Assembly (NCBI RefSeq): GCF_036321535.1
Contig: NC_087440.1
Coordinates: forward strand, 91,264,001 to 91,328,000
Reading direction: 5' to 3'
Length of the DNA: 64,000 nucleotides
Source of the DNA: Camelus dromedarius
Lineage: Eukaryota
Part shown: positions 37,011 to 50,747 of the stretch, in pieces
How positions within the stretch are numbered: position 1 is the first letter of the stretch
Layout: each line of letters opens with the position of its first letter
Made by a program: the position numbers and the translations under genes
The notes under the pieces: generated by a model
Seen by the model: only the letters and a program-made list of their open reading frames with translations
Database searches by the model: none
What the model was told of the DNA's origin: nothing

Positions 37011-37729
37011 GCCGAGTGCCTGGCGGGACTCAGCGGCCCTGGGGAGCGGGCACGCGGTTGCATCTACCCAGAAAGGTGACCGTGGTTCGCGGGTTGAGCA
37101 GAGCAGAGACCCCTGCCTTGGCTGACTTCAGCGACCAGTCGTCCATGGTGGGTATGTGGCGGACCTGCGCCCTCTAGGTGCCGACCGCTTGACTTTTGTT
37201 GTCTTAACTAGATCTTTACAACAGCGGTGAGGGGGTCAGTGTCATAGAGGGCGAGACTTTGCTGAGGCTGCACAGCCTGAAAGTGAAGGAGCCACGCTTG
37301 GTTGTAGGCGTCAACCTGCTCAACCGCAGACCTTCCATGAGATGGCTCTTGCGCCCTGAGGGGGCGTATGCAGCACCTCCAGAAGGGGCTTGGCCCTAGT
37401 CCGTGGGACCCCCACCTGTCACTCCTGTTCCTAGCCTTGAAACGGGGTTCCGTTTTCCTGATCAGACCCAGTGTCTGGAAAACCTTAACGGGTTCGTGGC
37501 CTTATGGGACCATAATTAGGATGCTGGTACCGCGGGCCTAGAGATGCGGTTTTCACCGCCCAGGGAGGGGCTGCCCCTGAGCTGACTAGGCATGGCCGCC
37601 GCCTCAGAATGCTCCCCTCGCCCCCACCCCGAGTACCAGAGCCACCCACCGCCCCAGCAGGATGCCTGTTCCTCCAGGAGGAGGGGCTTTCCAATAGATG
37701 TCGTCACAACAACCCCAGCCTCACTTTCT

Positions 37730-37985
37730 TTTTTAATACTTTTTGGGGGTTGGAGAGTTTTGGATTTACAAAAAAAATGAGAGTACAAAGTATTCATACT
37801 CCCGGGGCACACACGCATACACAGTTTCCTTTATTATTAACATCTTACATCGGTGGCCCATTTGCTACAATTGATGAAACAATATCGATACGTTATTGTT
37901 AACTAGAGTCTCAGATTTTCTGTTTTTCCCTGGTGTGTTTCTTCTGTGTCAGGATACTGTCAGGGATACTGCATGACAAGTGATT
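37730..37985 (-). mobile_element. L1MC/L1MB-like 3' end
   Basis: cctttattattaacatcttacat...tttgctacaattgatgaaacaatatcgatacgttattgttaactagagtc. Confidence 0.7.
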
Positions 37986-39239
37986 TTCCACCTCACTTTT
38001 TTTTCATTCTGAAGGTGCAGTGCTGAGAGAGGAGGTTAAAGAAACACAGAATTGCTTAACATTTCCTTGGCTTTAAGTCTGAGTAAATGCTAGGGAGGGG
38101 GCTGCCGCTTGTGGCTGCATTTTGGTGGTGTGGCTGACAGGTGACAGCCCAGTGGGGCGCTGGGTCCTTGGACAAGGTGGGCCCCTAAGGAGGAGCTTCC
38201 CCCCAGAGTGCTCCTTCCCAGAGCTGCCCCTCAGGCTGGAGTCCTGGGAGTTAGTTTAGAGAGAGAATCTCTGTGTGGGGTGATGAAAACATTCTGGACG
38301 TGGATAGTGGTGATGGTTGCACAAATGTACTTAATGCCGCTGATGGGGGTACTGGCAGTTCCCCTGTGCTTGGTGCTACACTGGGGACTGAAAAAGGCAG
38401 CCCACGCCCTCCTGGTGGTTAAAAGGCTCTGGACACGGGCAGCATCTGAGTTTGAACTCCTCCTCTGCCTCTTGCTACCTGTGAGACCTTAAGCAAGTTA
38501 TTTCTGCTTTCAACTCTGTTACCCCATCGTCAGTCCACACCGCTCACTGCGGGCCCCCCGGCCCCATGGTGTTGTGCCGCTGCTCCCATCCTCAAGAGCC
38601 TTTCTGGCCAGCCTGCCTCGGGGACCCTGTCACCGAGGTGACATATACATACAGGGCTGCACCCCCTGTATTGCTCGCTGGGGCCTCACGGGCAGCTGGC
38701 CCGGGACCCCATCACCTGCCTCTCCACTCCAGCCCGGGGGTCTTCCTGTGGCCCAGGATGTCTCACCACACCCTGCTTCTCCAGGACACTTTGCCCCCAG
38801 GGGAGACTCCAGTCCTTTTTTCCTCCTTGTTTTCCCGAGGGCTTGGACTGTGGGGAAAAACTAAAGCCCAGAAGACCCACAGGCACCTTCTGCTCTCAGT
38901 CCTAGGGCAGCGGGCCTAGGCCAGCTCCTGCTTGCCGGGGGGCAGGAACAGGAAGACGGAGGGAAGATGTCAGTGCAGACGGTCCTGCTCTGCCCGGTTC
39001 CCGCAGGCAAGATTCTAGTTAAGTAACACCAATCCCCCAGCACAGGTCTGATCCCAGTGACCGCAGCGTGTTCACCTGAGTAACCGTGTCAAGTACCAAC
39101 TGCTGCGGGCTACTCAGCCCGCAGACCGATAGCAGACGCGCCAGAGCCACCTCCTGACGCGACGCTGCCTTCAAAGCCATTGGTCACCCCGCACCTGCTC
39201 CTCAGTTCCCAGGCAGCCGTGATCAACCCACTTTCCATG

Positions 39240-39690
39240 CTACGTAAAGGCATCACTGGCCAAAAGGTGAACGTGCAGGAGAGGCACAGAGCGCTAATAG
39301 CGCTGAGAGGGCCGCTCCGGGGGAGCAGTGACTGGGCCCTGGGAGGAAGCGCTGACAGAGAGGTCGCAGACTCTGCCGCGGCTCCAGAAATGGACACGCA
39401 TGGCCGGAGGAACCTGGTGACGCAGCGTGTGGACATGAGTGAGGACGGTGACGAGAAGGATGAATATGCCTCGAGGAGGTGGTCCCAGCAGAAAACTTCA
39501 CGGTAAAGGGCTCAGAGGTGTTTCAGTCACTGACAGTGCAAAGATCATGGTGGAGGCTGATCCAGACCTAGGAAGGAGAAGACCCTTCACCGCGGGGGAG
39601 GGAAGACATCGCCCCTGTCGTAAGTTACACAGTGAGCAGAAGGCGAGCTCTGTTCCAACTACTGTTGACAAGTTTTTTTTTTAATCATAA
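39240..39690 (+). mobile_element. TcMar-Tigger DNA transposon remnant (transposase 3' end)
   Basis: gaaaacttcacggtaaagg...ggaggctgatccagacctaggaagg...cgtaagttac...ctgttccaactactgttgacaagtttttt resembles Tigger transposase C-terminal sequence (recalled). Confidence 0.65.
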
Positions 39691-39902
39691 AATACTATTA
39701 TTGGAGCACCTGCACCCTTAAAGAATTTTATTTTAACTTAAAATATATAAAAGAAAAGTATGTTTATATATAAAACCTTATTCATGTATTTGCCAATTGT
39801 ACTAGATACATAGCTGCTTTCAACCCTCATTTAACCCCTTATCTATTTGCAGAGCTTGGAAAACTTAAGAAAAAAAATCTATGTTTCCCAGACTCTCTTG
39901 CA

Positions 39903-40515
39903 GTATAGTTGATTAAAATGTTTCTGGTGTACAGCACAGTGATTCAGTTGTATATTCCGTTCCGTATTCCTTTTCATTATAGGCCATTACAAGGTATTGA
40001 ATATAGTTCCCTGCGCTCTACAGTAGGTCCTTGTTGTTTGTCTATCTTATATATAGTAGTTAGTATCTGCAAATCCCAAACTCCCAATTTATTCCTCCCC
40101 ACCCCCCCATAACCATAAGTTTGTTTTCTATATCTGTGAATCTGTTTGTTTCATAAATAAGTTCACTTGTGTAATTTTTTTATTCCACGTATAAGTGACA
40201 TCATGTGGTATTTTTCTTTCTCTGTCTGATGTACTTCACTAGTATGATCATCTCTAGGTCCATCCATGTTGCTGCAAATGGCATTATTTTTCATGGCTGA
40301 GTAGTATTCCATTGTATAGATATACCACATCTTTATCCAGTCATCTCTCAATGGGCATTTCGGTTGCTTCCATGTCTTGGCCATTGTAAATAGTGCTGCT
40401 ATGAGCACTGGGGTGCATGTGTCTTTTTGAATTAGAGATCTCTCTGGATATATGCCCAGGAATGGGATTGCTGGAGCATGTGGTAAGTCTATTTTTAGTT
40501 TTTTAAGGAATCTCT
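39903..40515 (-). mobile_element. L1 3' end
   Basis: Antisense L1 3' UTR and ORF2 end (reverse frame MLIAALFTMAKTWKQPKCP...WIKMWYIYTMEYYSA). Confidence 0.9.
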
Positions 40516-41199
40516 GTACTGGCTATACCAAAGAGATTACATTTTGCCATTAAACACACCCATGCAAGCCTTGGGAGGTAATCGTTCCCAGGAGATTAGG
40601 AGAATGGGTGGCAAGGAGGCTCTGGCAGCAGCTGGAGCCACATCCCACTGCCTGGTCACCTGCTCTGGGCTGCAGGCAACCAGACAGGAGCAAGCCCCTG
40701 ACTTCTTATGACAACTGTGGCAGTGGAGCCTTAAGCACTGTTCCGAGGCAGCCCCTGATGTCTGTGCCTCTTTGCATCTGACTCCCTCTATGAAATCCCT
40801 TTCTACTTGAGATACCTGGAATCTTCTGGGCTGAATGCTGAATGAGCTAGTCAACCATGGCTTTTATATAAAGCCTGGAGCCTTCCGTTCAGGGAAGGGT
40901 CCCCTAATAGAAATGCCACGCGGTCTTTCCTGCACAGCCCGCACCCCCATCACAGATCGCGTACCATTTCCAGTCTCAGTTTCTTTACGTGGAGCGAGAA
41001 TAGAAAGGCACTATGGGAGCTGTGGGCACGCTAGATACTTACGGTCCTCCCCACGCCCCCGCCAGCGTCTCTGCTTGTCTGACTCAAGCGTAAATCAACA
41101 GTGCTTTTTAGTGACGGGCGTTTATCCAGCCTTCCCAAAGAATCCAACTTCGTTTTCATTGGAAGAGCAACTCCTTTTGCGTTCAGAGTTCACTGACCT

Positions 41200-41934
41200 G
41201 CTATAGTGGTTTCATCTCTCCTCCCTGTGAGTTCACACCTCTTTGTCCGCAGACGTCACACTTGGCCAAGTGACTTACTTCGGCCAATGAAATACGAGGG
41301 GAATTGACGTGTTATTTCGGAGCAGAAACCCACGAGCCAGCAGTGGTTCTCCACATAGCCCTTTCCTTCTGCCCTAAAGCAGGTGCCATGGGCTGGATGT
41401 TTGTGTCCCCCCAGAGCCACACGCCAAAGTCCTGATCCCCACTGTGACAGAATTTGGAGAGGGCGCCGTGGGGAGGGGATTAGTTCACAAGAATAAGCCC
41501 CCGTGATCGGGATTAGTGCCCTTACAGAAAGAAACGCTAGACAGACGGTTTCTCGCTCTGTCAAGTGACACAGCGGGAAGGCGGCCAGCTGTAAACCAGG
41601 AAGAGTCCCTGCCGAAACCTGCCATTCTGCTTCCCTGACCCTGGACTCCAGCCTCCAGAACTGTCAGAAATATGCTTTTGTTGTTTAAGCCCCCCCCCCC
41701 CCCCCGTGTACGGTATTCTGTTCTACAGCTTGAATTGACTCAAACAACAGGCCGTGCTCCAGACAGAGGCTGTTCCATGAGTCGGTCTTAGAATGAGATC
41801 ACACAGGGCAGAGTCACAGCCAGCCCCTGATGGATGCGTAGCTGGGGCAAGAAATGAACCTTTATTGTTTGAGCCACTGAGACTTGAGCGTCATTGGTCC
41901 CTGAGGTATAACCTAACCTCGCATGATTGATACA
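41200..41934 (+). mobile_element. MLT1J-like MaLR LTR interrupted by MLT1A0
   Basis: gtgacttacttcggccaatgaaat...; end gcaagaaatgaacctttattgtttgagccactgaga...gattgataca. Confidence 0.7.
41384..41746 (+). mobile_element. MLT1A0-like MaLR solo LTR (nested)
   Basis: tgccatgggctggatgtttgtgtccccc...gggattagtgcccttac...ccagcctccagaactgt...gactcaaaca; 5-bp TSD gcagg/acagg. Confidence 0.85.
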
Positions 41935-42550
41935 GTTACCCTGACTTTCTGTGAGGTTGTGTGTTGGAGTTTGCTCTACTGGCTTCTGTGACTGCAGCGC
42001 GAAGATCACTTCAAAAACCTTCACCTGGTTGTAACATTGATTGCTGGTACAAACCGATGGAACAGAAAGGGCACAGAGCAGACACGTGCGTCAGAGGAAG
42101 TCCCTGGAAACTGACGAAAGAGCTAGCCTGGTGCTTGCCATCCGTCAGCTCGGGGTCTGGCTGATTCTTCGAGAGGGGCAGAAAGGGAAATCTCACCAGT
42201 TTCTGCTGCAGGTGTCAGTGCCTGTAAAGGAAGCTCATTTTGCAGGTCCCTCACGTTTAATGACAAGACCACGTCATCGTGAAAGTGGATCACGTGATGC
42301 TGCACACAGGCGCTGAAACCAGCGTGTTGCGACCGTGCACATCAGGGATTTGTGCCACATCAGACACAGGGGTCTTTGGCCTGTTCTGCTTTGCAGAGGA
42401 TACAGTGACAGGCCTGCAGGGGAGTGATCGATCCCACATTCATAGGAAGTCCCTGACAACTTCACTTTCTGGCAGATGGAATCCTGTCCCCCTTCCATCA
42501 TGTAGTCTTGAAGTTTCCACAATGCAGGATCACGCTGTCTCTGGAACAGG

Positions 42551-43008
42551 GGCATGAATTCCCGAGGGCTGCTAGGGCAGATGACTGCCAGTTGGGTGGC
42601 TAGAACAATGGCAGTTTGCTCTCACACAGTTCTGAGGGCTAGACGTCGAAAAAGCAGGAGTTGGCTGGACTGGTTCCTTCTGGAGACTCCGAGGGGGTCT
42701 GAGCTGTCTCTCCCAGCTCCCGGTGGTGGCCGGCAACCCTCAGTGTTCCTGGCTTATGGTTACCTCCCTCTTACTCTGTCTCTGTCATCACGGTGTTCTT
42801 CCTGTGTGGGTCTGTGTGTCCGGGTCCAAGTTTCCCTCCTCTTCGAGGGACACCAGCATTGGACTTCGGGCCCATGCTAATCCGGAATGACCTCATCTTA
42901 GCTCAATGGCATCTGCAAAGACCTTATTTCCAAACAAGGTCACATTCACAGGTCCCAGGGGTTAGGACTCCAACACATCTTTCGGCGGACATAATTCAGC
43001 CCACAACA
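42551..43008 (-). mobile_element. MLT1D/C-like MaLR solo LTR
   Basis: gacctcatcttagctcaatggcatctgcaaagaccttatttccaaacaaggtcacattcacagg...cagcccacaaca. Confidence 0.85.
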
Positions 43009-43539
43009 AGTGGCCTCTCAAATCCCCAGACAGCCCTTCGAGATGCATGGAGAACTTTATATTTGTGTCACCTCTTCTCAAAGTCTTGAGGAAACGAAGA
43101 GATGACTTTAGAGCTGGGGTTGACTAGTGTATGCCTGGAGGGGTGCCTGGTGCAAAGCGTGACATCATAGAACCAAGCTGTGAGGGTTTCTTTACAACTC
43201 GGCTTTGACGTGTTTGTATGTAACAGTGGCTGAGGAATACTTTTTATTTTTTAACTAATATTTTTAGAATCGCCCTGTAATTCTCCTGGAGGGAACAGAA
43301 GCGCTCTGTGTCTTCGCTCAGGCCTCAGAGTTTCCTCCCCACTCACAGCAAGCAAGATGCAGTTCCAGCTACCCGGCCGCACTCAGATGCGCTGTTAACC
43401 AGAACGAGTCCTTGACCTGGTGGAATCACGTCCTAGTCTGGGGCAAGGACCACACACAGGAAGCCCAAGTATATGTCGTGCAGAGAAACATGCTCGGAAG
43501 GAAAATGAAGCAATAAATAAAGGGGTGAGCGGTGGCCTC

Positions 43540-44135
43540 TCTACAGGGTCACACTTGATCGGAGGTCTGGGAAGAGAAGGACCCTAGAGGAAGAACATTT
43601 TAGAAAGAGGGGAGGGCCCTCGGGCTGGGGCTGCCTGTGGCACGGGGACAACGGGAGGTCAGCGGGGCTGCGGGGCTGCGGGAGACGATCGGAGGTGAGT
43701 TTGAAGGGAGAGCCGAGGGCCAATCCCTCGGGGCCTGAGCCATCCAGTCACAGGGGCGCTGGGCAGAGAGCGACCACTCTGATCTCTGTTTACAAAGACT
43801 CCTCCCCTCATGCCTGGAGGAAGCCACAGGCAGCCCTTGCAGTAGCCCAGGTGAGGCCAGAGGGGTTGAACCAGGGCGGCAGTGCAGGTGCAGAAAGGAG
43901 ATCAGATTTTGCAGACATCCGTGGAGAGTGGCAGGGTTTGTTGTTGGACCAGATAGAGAGGTGAGTTGTCTGAGAGGCACCAGGGGAGCCTGGAGCACAG
44001 GGTGAGTGAGGCGGGGTGCACTGAGATGTGGAGTTCTGGAGGGGAGGGTGTGTGGGGACTCGGGACTTCTGGACAAAGAACAGGTGGGACCAATAGGAAA
44101 CAGATAGCAAGATGGTGACTAAACCCAGGCATATC
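43540..44135 (-). mobile_element. L2, first part (continues at ~46035)
   Basis: Purine-rich antisense L2 (gcagtagcccaggtgagg...ttgaaccagggcggcagtg). Confidence 0.65.
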
Positions 44136-44212
44136 GATAAACCCCATCCCCCCAGATAAAGCACAGAGATGGTCAGGATTTTTACAAAACAAGAGCCAAC
44201 TGACCTAAACCA

Positions 44213-44354
44213 NNNNNNNNNNNNNNNNNNNNNNNNNNNNNNNNNNNNNNNNNNNNNNNNNNNNNNNNNNNNNNNNNNNNNNNNNNNNNNNNNNNNNNNN
44301 NNNNNNNNNNNNNNNNNNNNNNNNNNNNNNNNNNNNNNNNNNNNNNNNNNNNNC
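44213..44354. other. Assembly gap (N)
   Basis: Run of N. Confidence 1.
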
Positions 44355-45127
44355 CACAAACAATAAATGCTAGAGAGGGTGTGGAGAAAAGGGAATCCTC
44401 CTACACTGTTGGTGGGAATGTAGTTTTGTGCAGCCATTATGGAAAACATACGGGTTTTCCTCAAAAAACTAAAAATAGACTCACCATATGACCCAGCAAT
44501 CTTGCTCCTGGGCATATACCTGGAGAAAACTCTAATTCAAAAAGGTGCATGCACCCCAAAGTTCACAGCAGCCCTGNNNNNNNNNNNNNNNNNNNNNNNN
44601 NNNNNNNNNNNNNNNNNNNNNNNNNNNNNNNNNNNNNNNNNNNNNNNNNNNNNNNNNNNNNNNNNNNNNNNNNNNNNNNNNNNNNNNNNNNNNNNNNNNN
44701 NNNNNNNNNNATGGACAGACCTGGTGATCATCATTCTAAGTGAAGTAAGCCAGAAAGAGAATACCATACCATACCACTTATATGTGGAGTCTTAAAAAAA
44801 AAAAGACAAATGAACTTATTTACAAAACAGAAACAGATTCACAGACATAGAAAACAAACTTACTGTTACCAGAGGGAAAGAGGGTGGGAAGGGATAAATT
44901 GGGAGTTCGAGATTTGCAGATACTAACTAATATGTATAAAATAGGTAAACAACAAGTTTATACATATAGCACAGGGAACTGTATTCAATGTCTGAGTATT
45001 GTGAAAAATAATACGAAAACGAATACATATATTTCATGTATGAATGAAGCATTATGCTGTACACCAGAAATTGACACAATATTGCAAACTGACTATACTT
45101 CAATAAAAATATATATATACAAAAAAA
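44355..45127 (+). mobile_element. Young L1 ORF2 end and 3' UTR (contains N gap 44577-44710)
   Basis: acaataaatgctagagagggtgtggagaaaagggaa...; encodes [21 protein letters not shown]; A-rich tail. Confidence 0.9.
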
Positions 45128-45138
45128 GTAAAGGATGG

Positions 45139-45641
45139 TCAACAGATGATTGGATAAATAAGGGGTGTGTGTGTATATATATATATACACACATACATAC
45201 AGTGAAATACCACTCAGCCATAAAAAGAATGAAATAATGCCAATTGCAGGAACATAGATGGACCTAGAGATTATCACACTAAGTGAAGTAAGTCAGAAAA
45301 AGACATGATATCACTTATATGTGGAATCTAAAAAAATGGCACAAATGAAGTTATTTACAAAACAGAAACAGACTCACAGACATAGAAAACAAATTTATGG
45401 TTACCAAAGGGGAAAGGGGGGAGGGATAAATTAGGAGTTTGGGATTAGCAGATGCAAACTACTATATAAAGAATAGATAAAGAATAAGGTCCTACTGTAT
45501 AGCACTGGGAACTACATTCAATATCACATAATAACCTATAATGAAAGAATATATATGTATGTAGATATAGCTGAATCACTGTGCTGTTACACCACACAAC
45601 ATTGTAATCAACCATACTTCAGTAAAAACAAGAGAAAAAAC
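45139..45641 (+). mobile_element. Second young L1 3' end with 9-bp TSD
   Basis: aaaggatgg at 45130-45138 and 45642-45650 flanks an L1 3' UTR. Confidence 0.85.
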
Positions 45642-46030
45642 AAAGGATGGAAAAGACATACCACACTAACACTGATCCCAAGAAAGCTGGAATGGCTATG
45701 CAACTGTCAGACAAAACACATTTCAGAGCACATGCTACTACTAGGAATAAAGAGGAACATGTCACAATGATAAATGGACAGATTTATATAAGGTATACAA
45801 CAGTGGTCCATGATCAGGTACCTAATAACAGCTTCAGGATGCAGGGAGCAAAGCCAGACTGAACTGCATGCAGAGAGACAAGTGCACAGTTATAAGCTGG
45901 AAGTTAACCACCTCTCTCCATAGACAGAACAAATAGATAGAAAATCAGCATGGATATAGAAGACTTAACACTTGCAGCCAAGTTGGCCTGATTGGCATTT
46001 TCCGAAACACCCAACAACAGCAGACGTACT
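45642..46030 (+). mobile_element. Old L1M ORF2 endonuclease fragment (its 5' part lies at ~44150-44212)
   Basis: aaaggatggaaaagacatacc...aagaaagctggaatggcta...tcagacaaa...aaaatcagcatggatatagaagactt. Confidence 0.75.
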
Positions 46031-46034
46031 GCCT

Positions 46035-46530
46035 AAGGTTAGGAATGGTCAGTGTGTAGAGGTGCTGAGTACCCAGGGGCTGGGGGAGCGGGCTGGGAGG
46101 GAGTGTTGATGGAACACAAAAGCCCCGCTGTGTCAACGACATCCCAGGGGCAAGAAAGACAAGGACTGAGAACTGGTCACTGGATCTGGCCACGCGGAGG
46201 CTGCTGGTGACCTTGACACCTGCAGCTGCCCAGGAGTGTGGGAGTGGGCTGGGTGAGAGATGGTCCCCACCTTTATGCATTTTCAAGGAGTTTTGGTGAA
46301 AAGACGTGAGAGGGGCTGGCGGGAAGGTGTGGCAGGGGGTTCTCTTTTTTAAAAGGATGCATTGGAGTAGATTGGACACAGGTGGAAAGAATCCGGGAGG
46401 GAGGAGAGAACATTTGAGAGCGAGGAGAGAATTTCAGAGGCATGTCCATGAAAGAGGGTAGGGTCCACCGTCCCCAGGGAGCTGTGGCCTTAGCTGGGGA
46501 CACAATTTTCAAGAAAAGGGAGCAGCCAGG
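46035..46530 (-). mobile_element. L2, second part
   Basis: aaggactgagaactggtcactggatctggccacgcggaggctgctggtgaccttgac. Confidence 0.7.
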
Positions 46531-46755
46531 GCCCCGGGCAGGATTGTCTACATTAGAAACCAACTTCTCTTACTTTACTAGTGGGCGGTGGGATGCAGGC
46601 TGGGCCACGGGCTGGCACTCCCTTCCTTATCACTGCTGTGTCTCGCTTTGTGACCCCGGACAAGTCACCTGGGTGACCTTGGGAAGGCCAGCCGGGCGGC
46701 ATCACCGAGATGGACCGGGCGGCGGGGGAAGGTTTGGGTGTGCGCCCTCTCCTCT

Positions 46756-46774
46756 ACAGCACTAGAGGGCGCCA
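46756..46774 (+). promoter_or_regulatory. CTCF motif ~3 kb upstream of DYNC1H1
   Basis: acaGCACTAGAGGGCGCca. Confidence 0.65.
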
Positions 46775-49472
46775 AGAGACCGCTCTGGTCCTTAGGGGTG
46801 CTTCCCCTCCCGTCCCCCAACCGCGCCCAGCGGGGGCTCAAGCCACCAGGATCTGGTTTGGGTTCCAGCCTCACCCCGAGGCTCACTAGACAAGGAACCG
46901 AGCTCGGATAGGGGCTGGATGCTGGGACGAGCTTCATCAGAAGGTGTCCTGTAGCCCCCTGAGCGATAGGTGGGTGGGGTCCCGCGCTGGCGACGGAATG
47001 ACACTGCCAGGTTAAAGCAGCTGGAAAGTCAGAATCCAAAATGTGCCCCGTGGACCAGCCACCGCCAGCACCCCGTTCCCGGGTGGAAGGCATTGGTTTC
47101 CAGCCGTTAACCAAGCACCTACGTTGGGCCAGGCCCTGCTGGTCTGGGAATGAGCCCATGGAATGAATGAATGAATGAATGGGCGAGCCCAGGGTGGCAT
47201 TTCCAAGAAGAAGAGGCAGATTCCAGGCACAGAGCCTGAAAGCGCTGGGCCAGCCGGGCTTCCGCCACGGGCTTGGTGCGGCCCACGGTTGGGAGTGGGA
47301 GAGGAAGAGAGAGGATGAGGGTGAGAATGAGCTCCTAACTCAGACGTGAGGGGTCCTCCAGGGCAGTACTTTAAAGAGAGGGGTGGGGAATGGACATGTA
47401 GACAGTTCATCACCAATTTCTCATAAAATATAGGTGGCCCAGCAGCCACTGTGATCCCCATCAACTTAGAACGAATCCTCCCTCCTGCACCCACAGCCCA
47501 CAGCCAAGTGAAAGCAGATTCTACTGTGGATGGGAGAAAGCTGATGCCAACCAAAGCAAGGGATGAGAGAGGCCAGGTGTGGGTGGAGGACCTCCGCCCC
47601 TACCAGATACAGCTTGGGGCATGATGGGAGGCAGGGGCAGGAAGCCAAGGGGACATCTCACAAAAATATCTCCTTCCCTTTCAGCCCTGGCGCAGTCCAG
47701 CCCCCAGAATAAGGAATTTAGAGTGCTTGGCACTCTGTGTACAGTAAGCACTCAATCAGCGTTGACTATTCTTCTATGTATTTATTAAACACAGCAAACA
47801 TCTTTAGAAAACAGAAATGCAAGCACTTTTGATCAATGTGTGGATCTTTGAGGACTGATTGTTCAAATTCTTCTGATTTCCATCCTCTCAGAAATAACAA
47901 GCACTTTACATTTTAAGCCTATAATACAGGGCTGCAAATCCAGAGCCTGCTGCTCTGTTGCTCTGGCTTGGGGCCAGGCTGCAGATGTCTGAGTCCCTTG
48001 GATGTCTGAGTGACTGCATCTCTGAACCAGTGCTGACTCACGGTGCAGGCTGCAAGCAGCCCTCTCCATCTGCCAGGTCGCTGCTGGGTTTCTGGGTTTC
48101 AAGCGGTGTGTGGTCAATTCAGAGTTCAGTAACCTGCACCTAGTTAGTGGAAGATGGATTTTCTCCCATTCCATACCGGTTCCTATGCTAAAGGACACAG
48201 CAAGGGGGCAGCCCTTAGCAGAGTGCCTGGTATAGAGCGAACTTTCAGTGTTAGTTGTTGTTGGCGTTACTATTATTCATTACCATTATGATCATAGTAC
48301 AAACGCATTGCAGTTGCTTTATATTTTTCCCAGAAGGTTATTTAGATCTGTAATGGGCATACAATATAAGAGTGGAGGGCAGGAGGTTGGGATATTAATC
48401 TACCCCCTCTGCCATGAGCTTCTTAAAGACAAGAATCATCTGATTAGTTTCCAGGTCCCAGCGGCTCCTGGGGGTTGGCACCAGGTAATTGAGCAAGAAT
48501 AGGCATACTGTATGTTTCGCAGTTTTCCAAAGATGATTTGGGGAAATCAAATCATCCCATCATAATTCCACCAATCAGGGCTCAGCTCTCTGTGTACTTT
48601 GATATAAAAATATCACGTTTGGCTTCCCTGCCTCCACTCAACTTAAGCAAGTTATGAGTTTGAACTTTTAAAGACAATTAATGCTACTTATAAGAAACTA
48701 CCATTTCTAAGTCAAGAATGTGGGCAACCTGGATTCTGGCCTTTATGTCATTGCTGTGTCAGGGAGGAGGTCCGGGCTGATGGGAGCTGGGGCAGACTCG
48801 GCGGGCAGGCATCCCAGTCCCTGCCTTGTGTGGACTCAGGTACTGAGGCCCCAGGGATGACAGCGCCAGCCCCGGCTGCTAGCGGAGCATCACTGTTCTA
48901 GTGGATGTGCTCACGTAGGTCTCCCTCTTGATCCTAACAGCATCCTGGCGGGAATTATTTTGCCATTTGCAGCCAGGACTCACAACAGCTTCACCCCACC
49001 GTTCAGGTGTCATCTCCTGGCTTCCTTTACATTGCTCCTGCCTCACTGCCTTTGTAGAATCTGGTTTCTCTGCTGGGAACGTTCCCTCCCCACCTCCCTC
49101 TCTCCAGCCTAGCAATGTGACACTGCCCCCATCTCCTCCCCCTCTGAAAAACATCCTCACTCTCCCTATGTATGCCTAATGACAAGCAAGACTGTATACA
49201 CACGTCGTAGTCATTCGTTCGTTCAAGGAAAGAACGCAGGTTAAGTGCTTAGAACGATGACAGACAAGCTAAGTGCTTAAAAAACCTTAGCTCTGGCCAT
49301 TAATAACACCATTCATTCAGTATTTACAGTGGCTCAGCCTCTGTGCTGTTTGCGAGGCCACAGCAGTGAGCAGGACAGACATAGTCCCTGACCACTCCTC
49401 ACCCACCCGCCCGCCAAGTCCATGTTCAGGGATAGAGGTGCTTGAGGCGCAAAGCCCACCTTCAGGGCTTGA

Positions 49473-50747
<1,275 letters not shown>

